From: Octopus vulgaris
Taxonomy: Eukaryota
Assembly: GCA_951406725.2 (NCBI GenBank)
Contig: OX597819.1
Coordinates: 72,974,001 to 73,038,000, forward strand
Direction: 5' to 3'
DNA: 64,000 nt
A program made the position numbers and the translations under genes. Numbering within the stretch: the first letter of the stretch is position 1; the number at the start of each line of letters is the position of its first letter. Positions 13,983 through 28,868 of this stretch are shown here, piece by piece. The notes beneath the pieces were generated by a model. It searched no databases and was not told the origin of the DNA. It was given only the letters and a program-made list of their open reading frames with translations.

Positions 13983-15793
13983 AACTAGGTAATTTATAAT
14001 GGGGTCATACCCAATGACTGGAGCACCATAGTCAACTGCTACAAGGGTATCAAACTGCTGGATCAGGTGATGAAAGTCACGAAGAGGGTCATAGCCCAAC
14101 TAATTAGGGAGAGAGTCTGCTAAGATGAGATGCAGTTCGGTTTTGTTCCGGGTAGAAGCACCACTGATGCCATATTCCTGGTTCGACAACTGCAGGAGAA
14201 ATACCTAGCTAAAGATAAACCCCTCTACATAGCTTTCATGGACTTGGAGAAAGCCTTTGACAGGGTCTCCCATTCCCTTAACTGGTGGGTGATGCGGAAA
14301 CTGGAGATTGATAAATGTTTAATAAGGGCTGTACAGGCCCTATACAGAGAGGCCGTTAGGTTAGGATTGGCAATGAGTATAGTGAAGAATTTTGGGTAGA
14401 AGTAGGGGTCCACCAAGGTTCAGCCCTCAGTCCCCTTTTATTCATCATAGTCCTCCAGGCAATAACAGAGAAATTCAAGACAGGTTGCCCCTGGGATCTT
14501 CACTATGCTGATAACCTGGCCTTCATAGCAGAATCACTACCGGAACTAGAAAAGAAATTTCGGGTGTGGATGCTAGGTATAGAATCAAAAGACCTTAGAG
14601 TCAGTGTAGCAAAGACCAAAGTTCTAGTAAGTAGGAAGGCAAACTCATCGCACACCCCCTCAGGTAGCTGGCACTGCTCGATCTGTAGAAAAGGTGTAGG
14701 TAGAAACTCCATGAGATGTACCCAATGTAAGCTATGGATGCATAAGAGGTGCAGCAACATCAAGGGAAAATTACCAAGACGATAGCTTTCATGTGCAGCA
14801 GATGTATAGGGGCAATAGACACCACAGATACTCAGAAAACAGATTCCATCACACTCCAGGGGGAAGGAAATTGGAAGTAGTTGATAGTTTCTGCTACTTT
14901 GGTGACCAAGTTAGTAGTGGAGGTGGATGCTCAGAGAGTATCACCACTAGAATACGAATAGCCTGGGCAAAGTTTAAAAAGCTTCTACCCCCACTAGTGA
15001 CAAAGGGTCTCTCACTCAAAGTGAAAGGTAGATTGTACGACGCATGTGTGCAAACTTCCATGCTTCATGGTAGTGAAACATGGGCTGTGACTGTGGAGAA
15101 CATGCGCAGGCTTGAAAGAAATGAAGCTAGCATGATCTGCTGGATGTGTAAAGTCAGTGTGCACACACGACAGAGTGTAAGCGCCCTAAGAGAAATGCTG
15201 GATATAAGAAGCATTGGATGTGACGTGCAAGAGAGTCATTTGCGTTGGTATGGTCATGTACTATGAATGGGTGAGGAGAGATGTATGAAGAAGTGCCACT
15301 CCCAAAAAGTTGAAGGAATCCGGGGTAGAGGTAGACCCGGGAAGACATAGGAGGAGGTGGTCAAGCATGACCTTCAAACATTGGACCTCACAGAGGCAAT
15401 GAAGAAAGACAGAGACCTCTGGAGGTTTGCTGTGACTGCAAAAACCCAACAAATAACATGGCTGTTTCTTGTACTAGCTTCACCTCGGATTGCAAGACGG
15501 CCTGCTGTGCTTACCTTGGATCGTAGGGCGACCTGCTGTGCTTGAGGAGACCTATTGAGTCAAGTACATCATCAAAATAAAAATCAAATGGAAATTGTAG
15601 TTGTGATACCCATGCCACTGGCACGTAAAAAGCACCCACTACACTCACGGAGTGGTTGGCGTTAGGAAGGGCATCAAGCTTTAGAAACACTGCCAGATCA
15701 GACTGTAGCCTGGTGCAGCCTCCTGGCTTCCCAGACCCCGGTCGAACCATCAAACCGATGCTAGCATAGAAAACGGACGTTAAACGATGATGA

Positions 15794-15796
<3 letters not shown>
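13983..15796 (+). mobile_element. RTE-clade LINE, 5'-truncated, RT pseudogene plus 3' UTR and (GAT)n tail
   Basis: QFGFVPGRSTTDAIF, FMDLEKAFDRV, GVHQGSALSPLLF, YADN, a CSIC..CTQC..WMHKRC zinc finger, FCYFG, LHGSETW, LRWYGHV. Multiple frameshifts. Confidence 0.92.
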
Positions 15797-15842
<46 letters not shown>

Positions 15843-15848
15843 AATACA

Positions 15849-16232
15849 TCTTTATATATAAAAGTAAGGTTGTGTGTCTGTCTACTCCGGTTTAGATTCC
15901 TAACTACTCCCACATTTTGCGGTGCAGTTTAACCAAAACCAGGTATCTTATAGTCGTGATTCATATCGAGCCCTTCTGGGTATTAGCGCGCGTCAACGAT
16001 GAGTCTACGATTTTAAAAATAATTTACCATCATTTTTTTTCCATTTTAATGCATATGTTTTAAATATAAGGGAAGTAACTCTCTAAAAATGTCTACGATG
16101 AGTCAACGATTTGAAAAAAAATTTACCATCATATTTTTTCCATTTTTAATGCATTTTTTGGTTATAACTCTCTAAAAATGTTTTATAGTTATTTCCCTTA
16201 CAAACCCGAGCAACGCCGGGCGATACTGCTAG
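15849..16232 (+). mobile_element. Non-autonomous Helitron
   Basis: Starts A|TC, ends CTAG|T, with subterminal hairpin cccgagcaacgccggg. A second copy lies at 49662-50178. Confidence 0.8.
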
Positions 16233-16484
16233 TATAAAGATAAATTAAATAGAGTGATACTGTTGACAATCCAATAATTTATTTATATTATAATACTACA
16301 TGATATACTATGAATATAATATAACTTAATATTATATGACATAAACAATTATTGAGAAACCATAAAAGGCCAATAAATTGTTTTGACTTGTATATATTTT
16401 TCTGATATACATACATAATAACAGATCCCTTATATATAGTCACTTCAGGCTCATGGTGTAAATATAGACGAAATTCTGTTTATA

Positions 16485-16525
<41 letters not shown>

Positions 16526-19045
16526 GTACATACACACACACATGCATCATCATCATAGTTTAATGTACACTTTCCATGCTGGCATGGGTGGGCTGGTTTG
16601 AGGACTGGCAAGATTTCTACAGCTGGATGCCTTTCTTAAGACCCACCACTCCGAGAGTGTAGCGGGTGCTTTTTACGTGCCACTGACTCTGGCATTGGCC
16701 TTGACTACATATATACATATGTGTGTGTGTGTGTGAAGTAAGTTTGCTTCCCAACTATGTGATTCCAGGTTCAGTCCCACTACACAGTACCTTGGGCAAT
16801 TGTCTTTTATCTAAAGCCTCGGGTCAGCTAAAGCCTTGTGCATGGGATTGGTAGAGAAAGACTGAAAGAAGCCCATTGTCTATATACATATATGTGCATG
16901 TGAGTGTCTTTGTATTGGTTTGTCCCCCACCACCACTTGACAACCAGTGTTCATGTGTTTACATACCTGTAACTTAGCAGTTTGGCACAAGAGTCCGATA
17001 GAATAAGTACCAGAAAAAACACTGGGATTGATTTGTTTGACTAAAATTCTTTTAGTACAGTACTGCAGCATGGCCACAGTCTGATGGTTGAAGCAAAGTA
17101 AAAATATATTCAAGTAAAAGAGAATAGACACTGATTAAGAAATTGCCTTCTACAGATTTTGGGGTCAAAAATTGTCCAATGCTGGACAACTGGTATTGGT
17201 GAGTTTACATCCCTATAACTTAGCAGTTTAACAAAAGAGATCAATAGAATAAGTGTCAAACTTAGGGAAAAATTGTACTGGGGTCAATTTGTTTGACTAA
17301 AGTACTTCAAGATGGTGCCCTAGCATGGCCACAGTCTAATGACTGGAACTGGTAAAAGATTATATACAGAGCTTACTTCCCAACCACATGGTTCCAGGTT
17401 CAATCCCACTGCATGGCACCTTGGCCAAGTGTCTTCTACAATAGCCTTGGGCCGACCAAAGCCTTGTGAGTGGGTTTGACGGAAACTGGAAGAAGCCTAT
17501 CGTGTGTATATATATATATATATATATAATATTAGAAAAAATAAGGTACTCAGAAATCTGGATGGTTGTATATTTACAAATTTTTATTAATATGTCATGC
17601 TTTTATAAATCATATATTAGCGCTTGCATCTACTCTAGTAGATTCTTCAGATTATTTTTTCTAATATATATATATATATACACATACACACATAAATATA
17701 TATCTTCATTTATGTGTGCGTTAGTGTTTATTCCCCCACAATTGCTTGACAACAGATGCTGGTGTGTCTCTGTCCCTGTAACTTAACAGTTCGGCAAAAG
17801 AGACTGATAGAATAAGTACTAGGCTTCTAAAGAATAGGTCCTGGGGTTGATTTATTTGACTAAAGGCGGTACTCCAGCATGGCTGCGGTCAAATGACTGA
17901 AACAAGTAAAAGAGTAAAAGTGAGTGTATTAGATTGGCACTCAGGAAAAGATTCAGGTTGGGAAAGGTGGGTGTAACATTTCGAGCATGGCTCTTCGTCA
18001 GAAAGAGGAAAGAGGGGGAAAAGTCTGGACAGAAGGATAAGAATGGTCCGAGAAAAACATCTGTTGTTACACAGCTAAAAAGTAAGTGACTGGAAGTGGA
18101 GAAAGTTGTTCTTGAAGGCAGGAGAGTGCAAAATGGCCAGTCTGTGTGTATATGTGTGAAGTGTGAGGGAGTGGTGCGAACAGGTTAGTAATTAGATTTA
18201 GTGGTGGAAAAGTGAGGTGATGTGTGTGTGAGTGCCTTGCTGGTAGTGTGTGTGGACATATGTCTGTATGTATGAGTGCGTGGGGTTTGTGTAAGGAGAG
18301 GTGCCTTTGTGTATGTATATGTGAGTGCTTGTGTAAGGAAGGATGCCTTGGTGTTTGCATGTGTGTGTTTCAGTGTGGGTGGTGAGTTTTATATATATAT
18401 TTATATATATATAATTTTTAGAAAAACATAAATCTGGAGAAGAAACACACTCTAACAATTAGAATAGTCTTTTTTTTTTCTTTTGATGTAGTACAGGGGT
18501 GGCTATGTAATAAGAAGCTTGCTTCCCAACCAACATGGTTCCAGGTTCACTGTGTGGCATTTTGGGCAAGTGTCTTCTACTGTAACCCCAGGCCAACCGA
18601 AACCTTGCAAATACATTCAGTAGGCGGAAACTGAAAGAAGCTCGTCATATATATATATGCGTGTGTGTTTGTCCCCCATCATGGCTTGACAATCGGTGCT
18701 AATGTGTTTAAGCCCTCCCTAACTTAACAGTTCAACAAAAGAGTCTGATAGAATAAGTACTAGGTTTAAGAAAGCATAAAAGTTCTGGGATTGATTCATT
18801 CAACTGAAAATTCTCCAAGACAAGTGCTCCAGCATGGCCACAGTATAATGACTGAAACAAACAATTTTATTTCATGTGCTTTGCTTATTTAACAATTCCA
18901 TCTTAATTCAAATGTCGACTCTGGTAAAATAGAATTAAATCTCTAACTATGCAACATAAGACAATGATTGCAGCCAGATGCTAAACCAAGATACTCTAGC
19001 CTGAAATTTATTATATCACATCTTTTGGTTGTGGTCTCAATCCCT

Positions 19046-19078
<33 letters not shown>

Positions 19079-19210
19079 ATACACACACACACACACACAC
19101 AAACATAGAATGAACCAAAATATCTCTACAGTAAATATTACATAGATGCCACCTACAACAACAACAAAAGAATTTGAATGAGAGTCAGCTCCAGTAAAAT
19201 TCCTTTAAAA

Positions 19211-19511
19211 TTATTTACATTATTTACATTTGACAGATATTTGTCCTCATCTTCTTTGTTGTTAACACATTTCGGTTGATATACCCTCCAGCCTTCATCA
19301 GGTGTCTTGGGGAAATTTCAAACCTGGGTTCTCATTCCTATGGTATTTTTCGATGTTATTATTATTGTTATTATAATTATTTTATGTTTGACTTTTGCTT
19401 TGCATAATAATAATAATAATAAAAATAATAATAATAATATCAAAAAATACCTTAGGAATGAGAACCCAGGTGTGAAATTTTCCCAAGACACCTTATGAAG
19501 GCTGGAGGGTA
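19211..19511. mobile_element. Third, partial copy of the same hammerhead fold-back family
   Basis: Inverted arms around an (AAT)n/(ATT)n centre. Minus-strand CUGAUGA...GAAA at about 19264-19306 has lost stem III. Confidence 0.7.
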
Positions 19512-21724
19512 ATTCTCAGGGAGATTGAACACAACACAGAATGTGACAAGGCTGGCCTCTTTCAATTACATGTACAGCACATTTTTTGCCAGCTGAGTGG
19601 ACTGAAGCAAAGTGAAATAAAATATCTTGCTTAAGGACACAACCCCAGGAACTGAAACTCATGACCTTATCATCTTGAGCTGAATACCTAACCATTATGC
19701 CACATGCCTTCACAATTATTGATAAGCAGTTACAGCATCACCAGCATCATAATCATTATTTTTTGCCCGTTTTATGAGAAAACCATGTGTAGTTCTTGTC
19801 AGCAACTCGATATGATTCCATTTATCTTCATCTGATCTTCTCTCATCCGTGAAGTTCAACATTCTCAGATTCAGGTTTACCACTTGGTCTGCCTTCCTCA
19901 CAAATGTCTTTCACTGTAACTATTATGGTAGCAAAAATAGTTACCCCAAAGCACAGGCATCATTGTGTGGTTAAGAAGCTTGCTTTGCAAACCCCTGATT
20001 TCAGGTTCAGTCCCACTGATCAGCACTTTGGGGGAGTGTCTTCTTTTGTAGCCCTTGGCCAATCAATGCTTTGAAGTGAATTTGGTAACTGTGTAGAAGC
20101 CCATTGTATATATATCATCATCATTGTTTAACATCCATTTTCCATACTGCCATGGGTTGAATGGTTTAACAAGAACTGGCATGGTTAGGTGCCACACCTG
20201 GTTCCCATATCTCTTTTGGCCTGGTTTCTACAGCTGGATGCCCTTCCTAATGCCAACCACTTCACAGTGTGTACTGGGTGCTTTTTTTAAGTGGAACCAT
20301 TCCTGTGCTTTTTACGTGGCACTTTGATTTTAGGATCTCAATTCTGTTGTAGGCAGATCTTCTCAAGTACAGCAATGCACTACTTATCTTGGTCCTCTGT
20401 CATCTCCTTTGTATTTACGGTGGGGGGGGGTGAAAAACCTCTGTACATGTCAGAGGGACAAAAAAAACAAGGAAAGTACCAGGTGGTTGTGCAATGTCCT
20501 AGAAATAACAGCTAAATCTCCCTTGAATCATCTTTTCATCTAAAAATTATTTTGAAATTATAAGCAGAAGCAAATCACAGATTCTTACTGTCCACATTTT
20601 AAAACTATGATATTTTTTTTTAAATTGCAGCATGGGGGGAGCCAAAATGTTAGTATTTTGCGGGTGGTGGAGTTTATGTAAACCTTTTTTTTTTTTTTAA
20701 ATTTCACTATTGTTTTTAAATTGTTTCATTTTCTATTTCAAAATAAAGGAAGTGGAGATTGTAATTTCTAAATTTTTTTTCTTCTTTAACCTACAAAGCT
20801 TCTTCCATCGTTTTAAAGTGCACAGTGCAAGAAAACATTGGCCAGAATCAGTACTGAGTGGAGCTGGGGGTTGCAAACATTCATAAATATTCAAAAATCA
20901 TTTCTCATATTGGAGTGAGTGAGCTAATATGCAGCACATACATTGGATCATTATAAACAAACCATTTTTGCAAGTCATTTGGCAAAAACTGAACACTCAT
21001 ATGTCATCTTCAACAAAAGAGTCTCTTGCCATGCTGGATTGCTGATCTCTATATGTTTTATTTTTCATTCTCTCTCTATTTATTTCCTCTTGTTCCTTTC
21101 TGTTGAAGAGCATAAGCTTGAAATGTAAAAGACTTTTCCATTTTTCCCAAGTGTCAAACTAATACACTTGCTTGTTTTTCCTACACCAGTCTTCATCTTT
21201 TGTTTTTCTATAAATTTCAACTATATGTGTGTGTGTGTTGTTCTTCATGTTCCTCCACCTTCACTTGATAACTGGTGCTGGTTTGTTATGTCCCTATAAC
21301 TTAGTTCAGAAAAAAAAAGGCTGATACCAGGCTTAAAAGAATAAGAAGTACTGGGGTCAGTTTATTCACTAAAATCCCTTCAAGGCTGTGCCCCAGCATG
21401 GCCATAGTCCAGCATCTGAAACAAGTAAAAGAAAGTAATTATGAGGCACTTAAGAAGTTCTGTTACCATATCGAAAAAGTTATGTTAGGCGTGAAGTATC
21501 TGTGTGGTAGGAACGTATTCTTCATGCTAATTTCCCGAAGCTGTGACATAGATCAGTTGGTAACACCACGTTTTAATCCTTTTGCTACCATACTTCAGTT
21601 GCACTGTTCTGATTTCATTTATTTTTTAAGATATTGGATATATTCAAAATCTTTGGGCTGACCAAAGCTTTGTGAGTGGATTTCATCATCATCATGTATA
21701 TATATATATAGATAGATATAGATA

Positions 21725-21758
<34 letters not shown>

Positions 21759-22004
21759 CATATATCTGTGCGTGTGTCTGTGTTTGTGCACCCACCATTG
21801 CTTCACAACCAATGTTGCTGTTTTTATGTTCCCATAACTTAGTAGTTTGGCAAAAGACATGATTAGAATAAGTACTGGGCTTACAAAGAATAAATCCTGA
21901 TGTTGATTTGTTCGACTAAAGGCGGTCCTCCAACATTGCCACAAACAAATGACTGAAACAAGTAAAACAATTAAAAAATTATGCCATTTTAATCCCAAGC
22001 AACG

Positions 22005-22041
<37 letters not shown>

Positions 22042-25000
22042 TCATCATCATCTTCGTCATTTAACATCTGCCTTCCATGCTGGCATGGGTGGGACAGTTT
22101 GACAGGAGCCAGTCAGGCAGAAGCTTGCACCAGACGTCTGTGACTGTTGTGGCAGGATTTTTACAGCTGGATGCCCTTCCTAACACCAACCACTTTACAA
22201 TGTGGCTGGCTATACATCACACACAGAAACGTGTATTTACGTGTAGCCTTGTCTTGATATCATGTGATGGTGATAAATATGCATCAGTCACACAAACACT
22301 TTAGTTTGTTTCCAGCCTTCCATCAAAAATATGTTTAACCCTGGAGAAATATTAACCTTACTGGGAAACAGGTGAGGGTTCTCAACAGGAAGGGCATCCA
22401 GCTGTAGAAAATGTGTCTCGATAAACTTCATCTGATCTATGGAAGCATAGAAAACTAGACATTAAAACAGTGATGATGCGGTGGAACAGGAAGATAAATT
22501 TAGTAAAATAATTTTGTCATTATTAAGCTGTTCTTTGGAGCATAAATTAACATGAAATTTATATGGGATGCTTTAAATTAAATCCCTTTAAAATAGGAAG
22601 TTCGTATCATAGACTCATAGACGTAGTGACAGTCCCTGATGGGTTGGTGTCAAAAGGGTTAATGCATTATCTTGTCACTAATACCTTTATTTATTCTTTA
22701 TTTCTTGATATGTAAAATGATGATTAGCTTATATGATAATTTCATTTTCCGAAATGCTACGGAGAAAGTGCCAACACTGTTTTGACATTCTGAAAGATGC
22801 AGAGGGAATAGAAAAAAGGATGGATGACAATTAGCAATGCATTGACTGCTTATGTTGTGCAAAATATTTATTACAATAATGATGATGATGATGATTACTG
22901 ATTATATAGGTGCAGGCATGGCTGTGTGGCAAGAAGTTTGCTTCCCAACCACATGGTTCCGGGTTCGGTCCCACTGCGTGGAACCTTGGGCAAGTGTCTT
23001 CTACTATAGACTTGGGTCGACCAAAGCCTTGGGAGTAAATTTGGTAAACAGAAATTGAAAAGAGCCTATCATGTGTGTCTTTCTCCCCCACCACCTCTTG
23101 AAAACCGATGTTAGTGTGTTTACATCCCCTTGACTCAGCAGTTGAACACAGGAGACCAATAAAATAAGACCCACTCTTAAAACCACAAGTACTGGGATTG
23201 AATTGTTCAACTAAAGTGCCCAGTATAGCCACAGTCAAAGGACTGAAACAAATAAACGATAATAAATAATGATTAATGAATTGACCATGACTACTGAGGA
23301 TTAAGTTTTATGTGGTATTTGACCAAAGATTAAATGGAAACAGGTTATCTCGTAAATGTCTCTGTTACAGACAAGCAATGTATAAGAACGTGTGTGTGTG
23401 TATTATATTTGTATATATTCTTTTCTACTCTAGGCACAAAGCCCAAAATTTTTATGGGGAGGGGGCCAGTTGATTAGATAGACTCCAGTACATAACAGGT
23501 ACTTAATTTATCGACCCCGAAAGGATGAAAGGCAAAGTCAACTTCGGCAGAATTTGAACTCAAAATGTAAAGACAGTCAAAATACTGCTAAGCATTTTGC
23601 CTGGCATGCTAACATTTCTGCCAGCTCACCACCTTATATGTATCTATATATTTTTAACATCTAGTTTTCCATGCTTGCATGGGTCAGAAAGAATTGATTG
23701 AAGCAGATTTTCTATGGCTGGGTCCTCTTCCTGTCACCAACCCTCACCTATTTCATAGACGAGGTAAATAAATTCCCCATACCCAAACAAGTTTTCCATG
23801 GAAGACTGGGAACAAACATCACTTGTATGACAATGATTCTTGACAAGGGTACACACACACACACACACACACACAAACTGATAAATATATATAAATGCGG
23901 GCTTCTTTCAGTTTCCATTTACCAAATCCACTCACAGAGTTTTGTTCAGCCTGGTGCTAGAGTAGAAGTCACTTACCTAAGGAGCCACACAGTGAGACTG
24001 AACTCTGCACCGATAACTGCATGCACACGCACACAATATTGGAGATTACTTATTGCAAAGTTCCATTGTGATTAGTTTATTTGTATTACATGTTACATAT
24101 GTGCACACACACACGCACGTACAATATGTAATACTCTGGCCATCTCTCAGTGAAATAATTTTAGTCAGTTGGGAGAAAGACTAATAAATTGTATCAGTAT
24201 TATTGTAGGGTTAGGGCAGCAGACTCGCGGTCATGGGATTGCAGTTTCGATTCTCAGACCAGGCGTTGTGAGTGTATATTGAGTGAAAACACATAAAGCT
24301 CCACGAGGCTCCAGCAGGGGGTGGTGGAGAACCCTGCTGTACTCTTTCTGTTGTACCTGTATTTCAAAGGGCCAGCCTTGTCACACTCTGTGTCATGCTG
24401 AATTTCCCCAAGAACTACGTTAAGGGTACACATGTCTGTGGAGTGCTCAGCTACTTGCATGTTCATTTCATAAGCAGGCTGTTCCATTAATCTGATCAAC
24501 TGGAACCCTCGTCGTCATAACTGACGGAGTCCCATGATACTGATCCAAATTTGCTAAAAATAGTCTTGTGCTGGTTGGGATTCACTCACTTCTCCAATTG
24601 TACAAAATTTAACTCTGTGCCTCATTAAAAAATTAATCGTTTAGCATTCAAATTACTGTCAAATGTAATGCTTATTCATTTATTCACATTGTTCAAATTA
24701 ATCAGGCATTACCTTGTAGCTTTGAGATTTCAGTGATATGATTGTTTATTTTTAGAATGACATTGTAGGGTAAGTATGAGAGGCCAGATATGGCTGGTCT
24801 AAGTGTTGAAGGGTTAAGCAGCACTCACATTCGTTTAGTATTATCTGACTGCAGCCATAATGCACAATCATCACCACTATCACCATCATCATCATATATG
24901 CACTTTTCATGCTGATGTGAGTGTGATGGTTCAAAAGGACCTGACAGTTTGCAGGACCACATCTTGCTCCAGTGTTTCACTTTTGGTTTGGTTTCTATAT

Positions 25001-25789
25001 CTGGATGCCATGCTCTTTCTCATACCAACTACCTTACAGAGTGCACTCGGTGCATTTTTTCATGACCTCAGCATTATAGAAGTAGTCTTGCCCTCCGCAA
25101 AACTAAAGGATGCTTGCTGGAGATGCCATGCAAGGGAATTGAACTCAGACCCTCATGAGCAAGAAACAGACTTCTTAACCATTCAGCCATTTTGCTTATA
25201 TTGACAGCTCTACTATAACTACCACCACCACTAGTGCCATTGCTTTCATTATTCCTCTGAGCAAAACATTAGCACACATATATCATCATCATCGTCATTT
25301 AACATCTGCTTTCCATGCTGGCATAGGCTGGACATTTTGACTGAGGACTGGTGAGCCAGGAGGCTGCACTGGGTTCCAATCTGATCTTGCAATATTTCTA
25401 CAGCTTGATGCCCTTCCTAATGCCAACCACTCCAAGAGTGTAATGGGTGCTTATGTGCTGCCAGTATGGGAGCCAGTCAGGTGGCACTGGCATCAGCAAC
25501 ATTCAGATGGTGCTTTTTATGTGTCACTGGCATGGGGAGCCAGTCAGGTGACACTGGCATTGACCACAACTACAATTTCCATTTTGATTTCAATTTTGTA
25601 GGTCTTCTCAAGTGCAGCATATTGCCCGACGATTCAAGGGTACTTTTAAATGGGCTGGTTATGCAACTCTGGTATCGGCCACAGCTGTGATCTCATTTTA
25701 CTTGCCAGGTCTTATATATATCATTGAAAATAGAAATCAATAAAAATAATTATGAAACTAAAATAAGTACTCGAGTAAGAAGGTACGTA

Positions 25790-26098
25790 TTTAGGGGTAT
25801 TCAGTTCATGATCATAAGCTCATGAGTTCAATTCCCGGCAGCATGTTGTGTCCTTGAGCAAGACACTTTATTGCACATTGCTCCAAATCCACTCACCTGG
25901 CAAAAATGAGTTGTACCTGCAAATTGAAAGGGGCCAGCCGTGTCACATTCTGTATCATGCTGAATCTCCATGAGAACTACATTAAGGGTACATGTGTGTG
26001 TGGAGTACTCAGCCACTTGCATGTTAATCTCACAAGCAGGCTGTTCTTTCGATCAGAGCAACTGAAATATTCATTGTCATAACCAGTGGAGTGCCAGT
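25790..26098 (+). mobile_element. Third SINE family. Copies at 24205-24533, 28120-28352(-), 32055-32335(-), 19515-19712(-)
   Basis: B box gagttcaattccc, then gtgtccttgagcaagacact, shared body ending ...ggagtgccag. Confidence 0.7.
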
Positions 26099-28353
26099 TA
26101 GGAAAAATTCAAGTGAACTAAAGAAAATATTTAAAATTAAATTTTCTGTTTTTGTATTTAAATCTGAAACAATAAGACTGTTTAGGTCATAAAAAGCTTG
26201 CTTCCCAACCATATGACTTTGACTTTGGTGCCACCTTGGGCGTGTTCCTGCTACTATAGCCTCAGATTGACCAAAGCTTTTTGAATAAATTTAGTTGATG
26301 TAAACTCAAAGAAGCCATTTGTCTGTGCATGTGTATGCACATTCATTTATGTATATATGTATATATATGTGAGGTGGGATGGGCTTCGTTTTGACACCAT
26401 ATGAGGGTTGTAAATGAGCATCATTCATTTCCAGTCTTTCATGAAGAAAAATCATGTCTGGCCATGGGGAAAATTACCTTGTTTGGTAACAGGTAAGGGT
26501 TGGCAATAAGAAGGGTATCTGACCATAGAAAATTTGCCTCAACAAATTACATTTGACCCATGTAAACATGGGAAAATGACTGGTAAAATGATAATGATGA
26601 CGATGACAGTGATGATTTAATATTAAAATAAAATGAAAATCTCCAGTGAAACTTAGTGTTCTTAATTACATTTAATATGGCTGTTTCTGTGCAATGACAA
26701 CTTTGCTAATCTGTCATAAAGTGTATCTATCTTCATATTTCTGCAATATGTATAAATAATGTAAGAACTACTGTTGACAAAATTCCATAAAAGTTGATGT
26801 CGAACATCCATAGAAACAATGTATTTGCCATTCTGCAGTTGGAGATAATTCTTAGCCAATGGTTGTTTTGAAACATCTTTGAGAAAACTAATGCAGAGAA
26901 ACTAACAACAAATAGTAATATATTCTTAAAGAATAATTGCAGTGTGGTTAAGAAGTTTACTTATCAACCATGTAGTTTCAGGTTCAAGCTCGTAGCAAGG
27001 CACCATAGTAAATGTCTTCTATTAGAGACCTGGATCAACCAAAGGCTTGTGAGTGGATTTGGTAGATGGAAACTGAAAGCAGCCCATTGTGTATGTGTGT
27101 GTGTGATGATAATATTTGTATTGTGTGTGGTGGTAATATCGTGCAATAGTTATAAACAAACATCATACAAGTGGTATTCTTTGCTTCCAACCTTCTGTGA
27201 AAGAGGTTCGGCTGTGGGTAAATATAATCTTACTTAGAAACAGATGATGGTTACTGACTGAAATGGTGTCCTGCTTTAGAAAATCTGCCTCAGCAAATTC
27301 TGTCTAACCCATACAATCATGGAAAATCAGATGTGAAAACGGTGATGGTGACAGTGCCAGCACCAGGGTATCCTATTCCCTAGGCCAATTCTACAATGTA
27401 CACTTCCTTCTCATGGCCCTTTAATGTGCACACCCCCCCCCCACCCCGCCTTCTGTTATTTTTTCTTTTATCTTTTACTTTATAAAAGACAGTGGCCAGC
27501 TTGAAGCACTGCCTTGAATTTTTAGTCAAATCAATCAATCCCTATGCTTATTTTTTTATTTTCAATGTCTGGTACTTACTCCATCAATCCCTTTTGCCAA
27601 ACTGTTAAGTTATGGAAACGTGAGTAGACAAACACCAGTTGTCAAGCAGTGGTGTGGAACGAACACATGCACACACACATAGATTTTATGCCTGTGTGTG
27701 TGTGTACGTGCACATGATGGGCTTCGTTCATTTTCTGTATACCAAATCCACTCACAAGGCTTTGGTTGGCCCAAGGCTATAGTAGAAGACACTTGCCTAA
27801 GATGCTTTTTTTATCTCTTCTCTTGTCATTTTTTTCATCTAGCCAACAAAGAGCCATGCTTGGAACATCATATTTCCACACCTATTTTTCCATCTAAAAG
27901 GTTCTTTGAGTGGTCAATCTTAATATATTCACTGTGTACGTCCAATTGACTGTAGTTGTTTTGTCTTTTGTTTTGTTTTTTTTTTGCTGGTAAAATTTCC
28001 ACTTATTTCTTTTTTATTTTTCAAAAATAATGCTTCAACACATGAACTCACATTAAGAATCTTGCAAACCAAATCCCAAAACGAAATATATATATATAGA
28101 TAGATAGATAGATAGATAACGTGACACTCCGTCAGTTATGACAACGAGGGTTCCAGTTGATCCAATCAATGGAACAACCTGCTCATGAAATTAACGTGCA
28201 AGTGGCTGAGTACTCCAGAAATACATGTACCCTTAACGTAAGTCTTGGGGAGATTCAGCGTGACACAGAGTGTGACAAGGCTGGCCCTTTGAATTACAGA
28301 TATAACAGAAACAGGAGGAAAGAGTGAGAGAAAGTTGTGGTGAAAAAGTACGG

Positions 28354-28868
28354 CAGGGTTTGATTGAGGAAATGACGAACATGCCGTCCCCAATATGGTG
28401 GTGCACCATCTTGCTGGAAAATGATGGTTGGTTGTAAATCAATCAGTTGTGGTGCCACATATTCAGTCAGAAGGTTGAGGTAAACATCTGCAGTAATTGT
28501 TGCTTCATTGAAGAAAAATGGACCAATTATTCAATTGCATATGATTCCACACCACACATGCACGAATTGAAGAACGCGATGGTGGATCTCTTCCATACTT
28601 AGTTCTGTAGTTTCGTTGAGTCTGAACATCCAATTTTGTCTCAGTAAACTAGGACGCACATTGTGCTTTTCATGAGGAGTAACCATTTTATAGGGGTTCA
28701 GTGAATCAGTTCCCTTCCATCAACAGAGTATCTGAAACACAAAAATTTAATATCAATAAAAAAATTAATAAACAATTATTAAAATAAAACAAATCTGGTT
28801 AAAATATCTCATCAACTGCCTTTGTAATAATTTTTTAAAATTGTAATGAGACTTTATGGACACCCTGT
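28354..28868 (-). mobile_element. Tc1/mariner (maT-like) transposase remnant with one terminus
   Basis: IIGPFFFNEATITADVYLNLL...IIFQQDGAPPYWGRHVRHFLN; terminus TA-CAGGGTGTCCATAAA. Confidence 0.8.
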
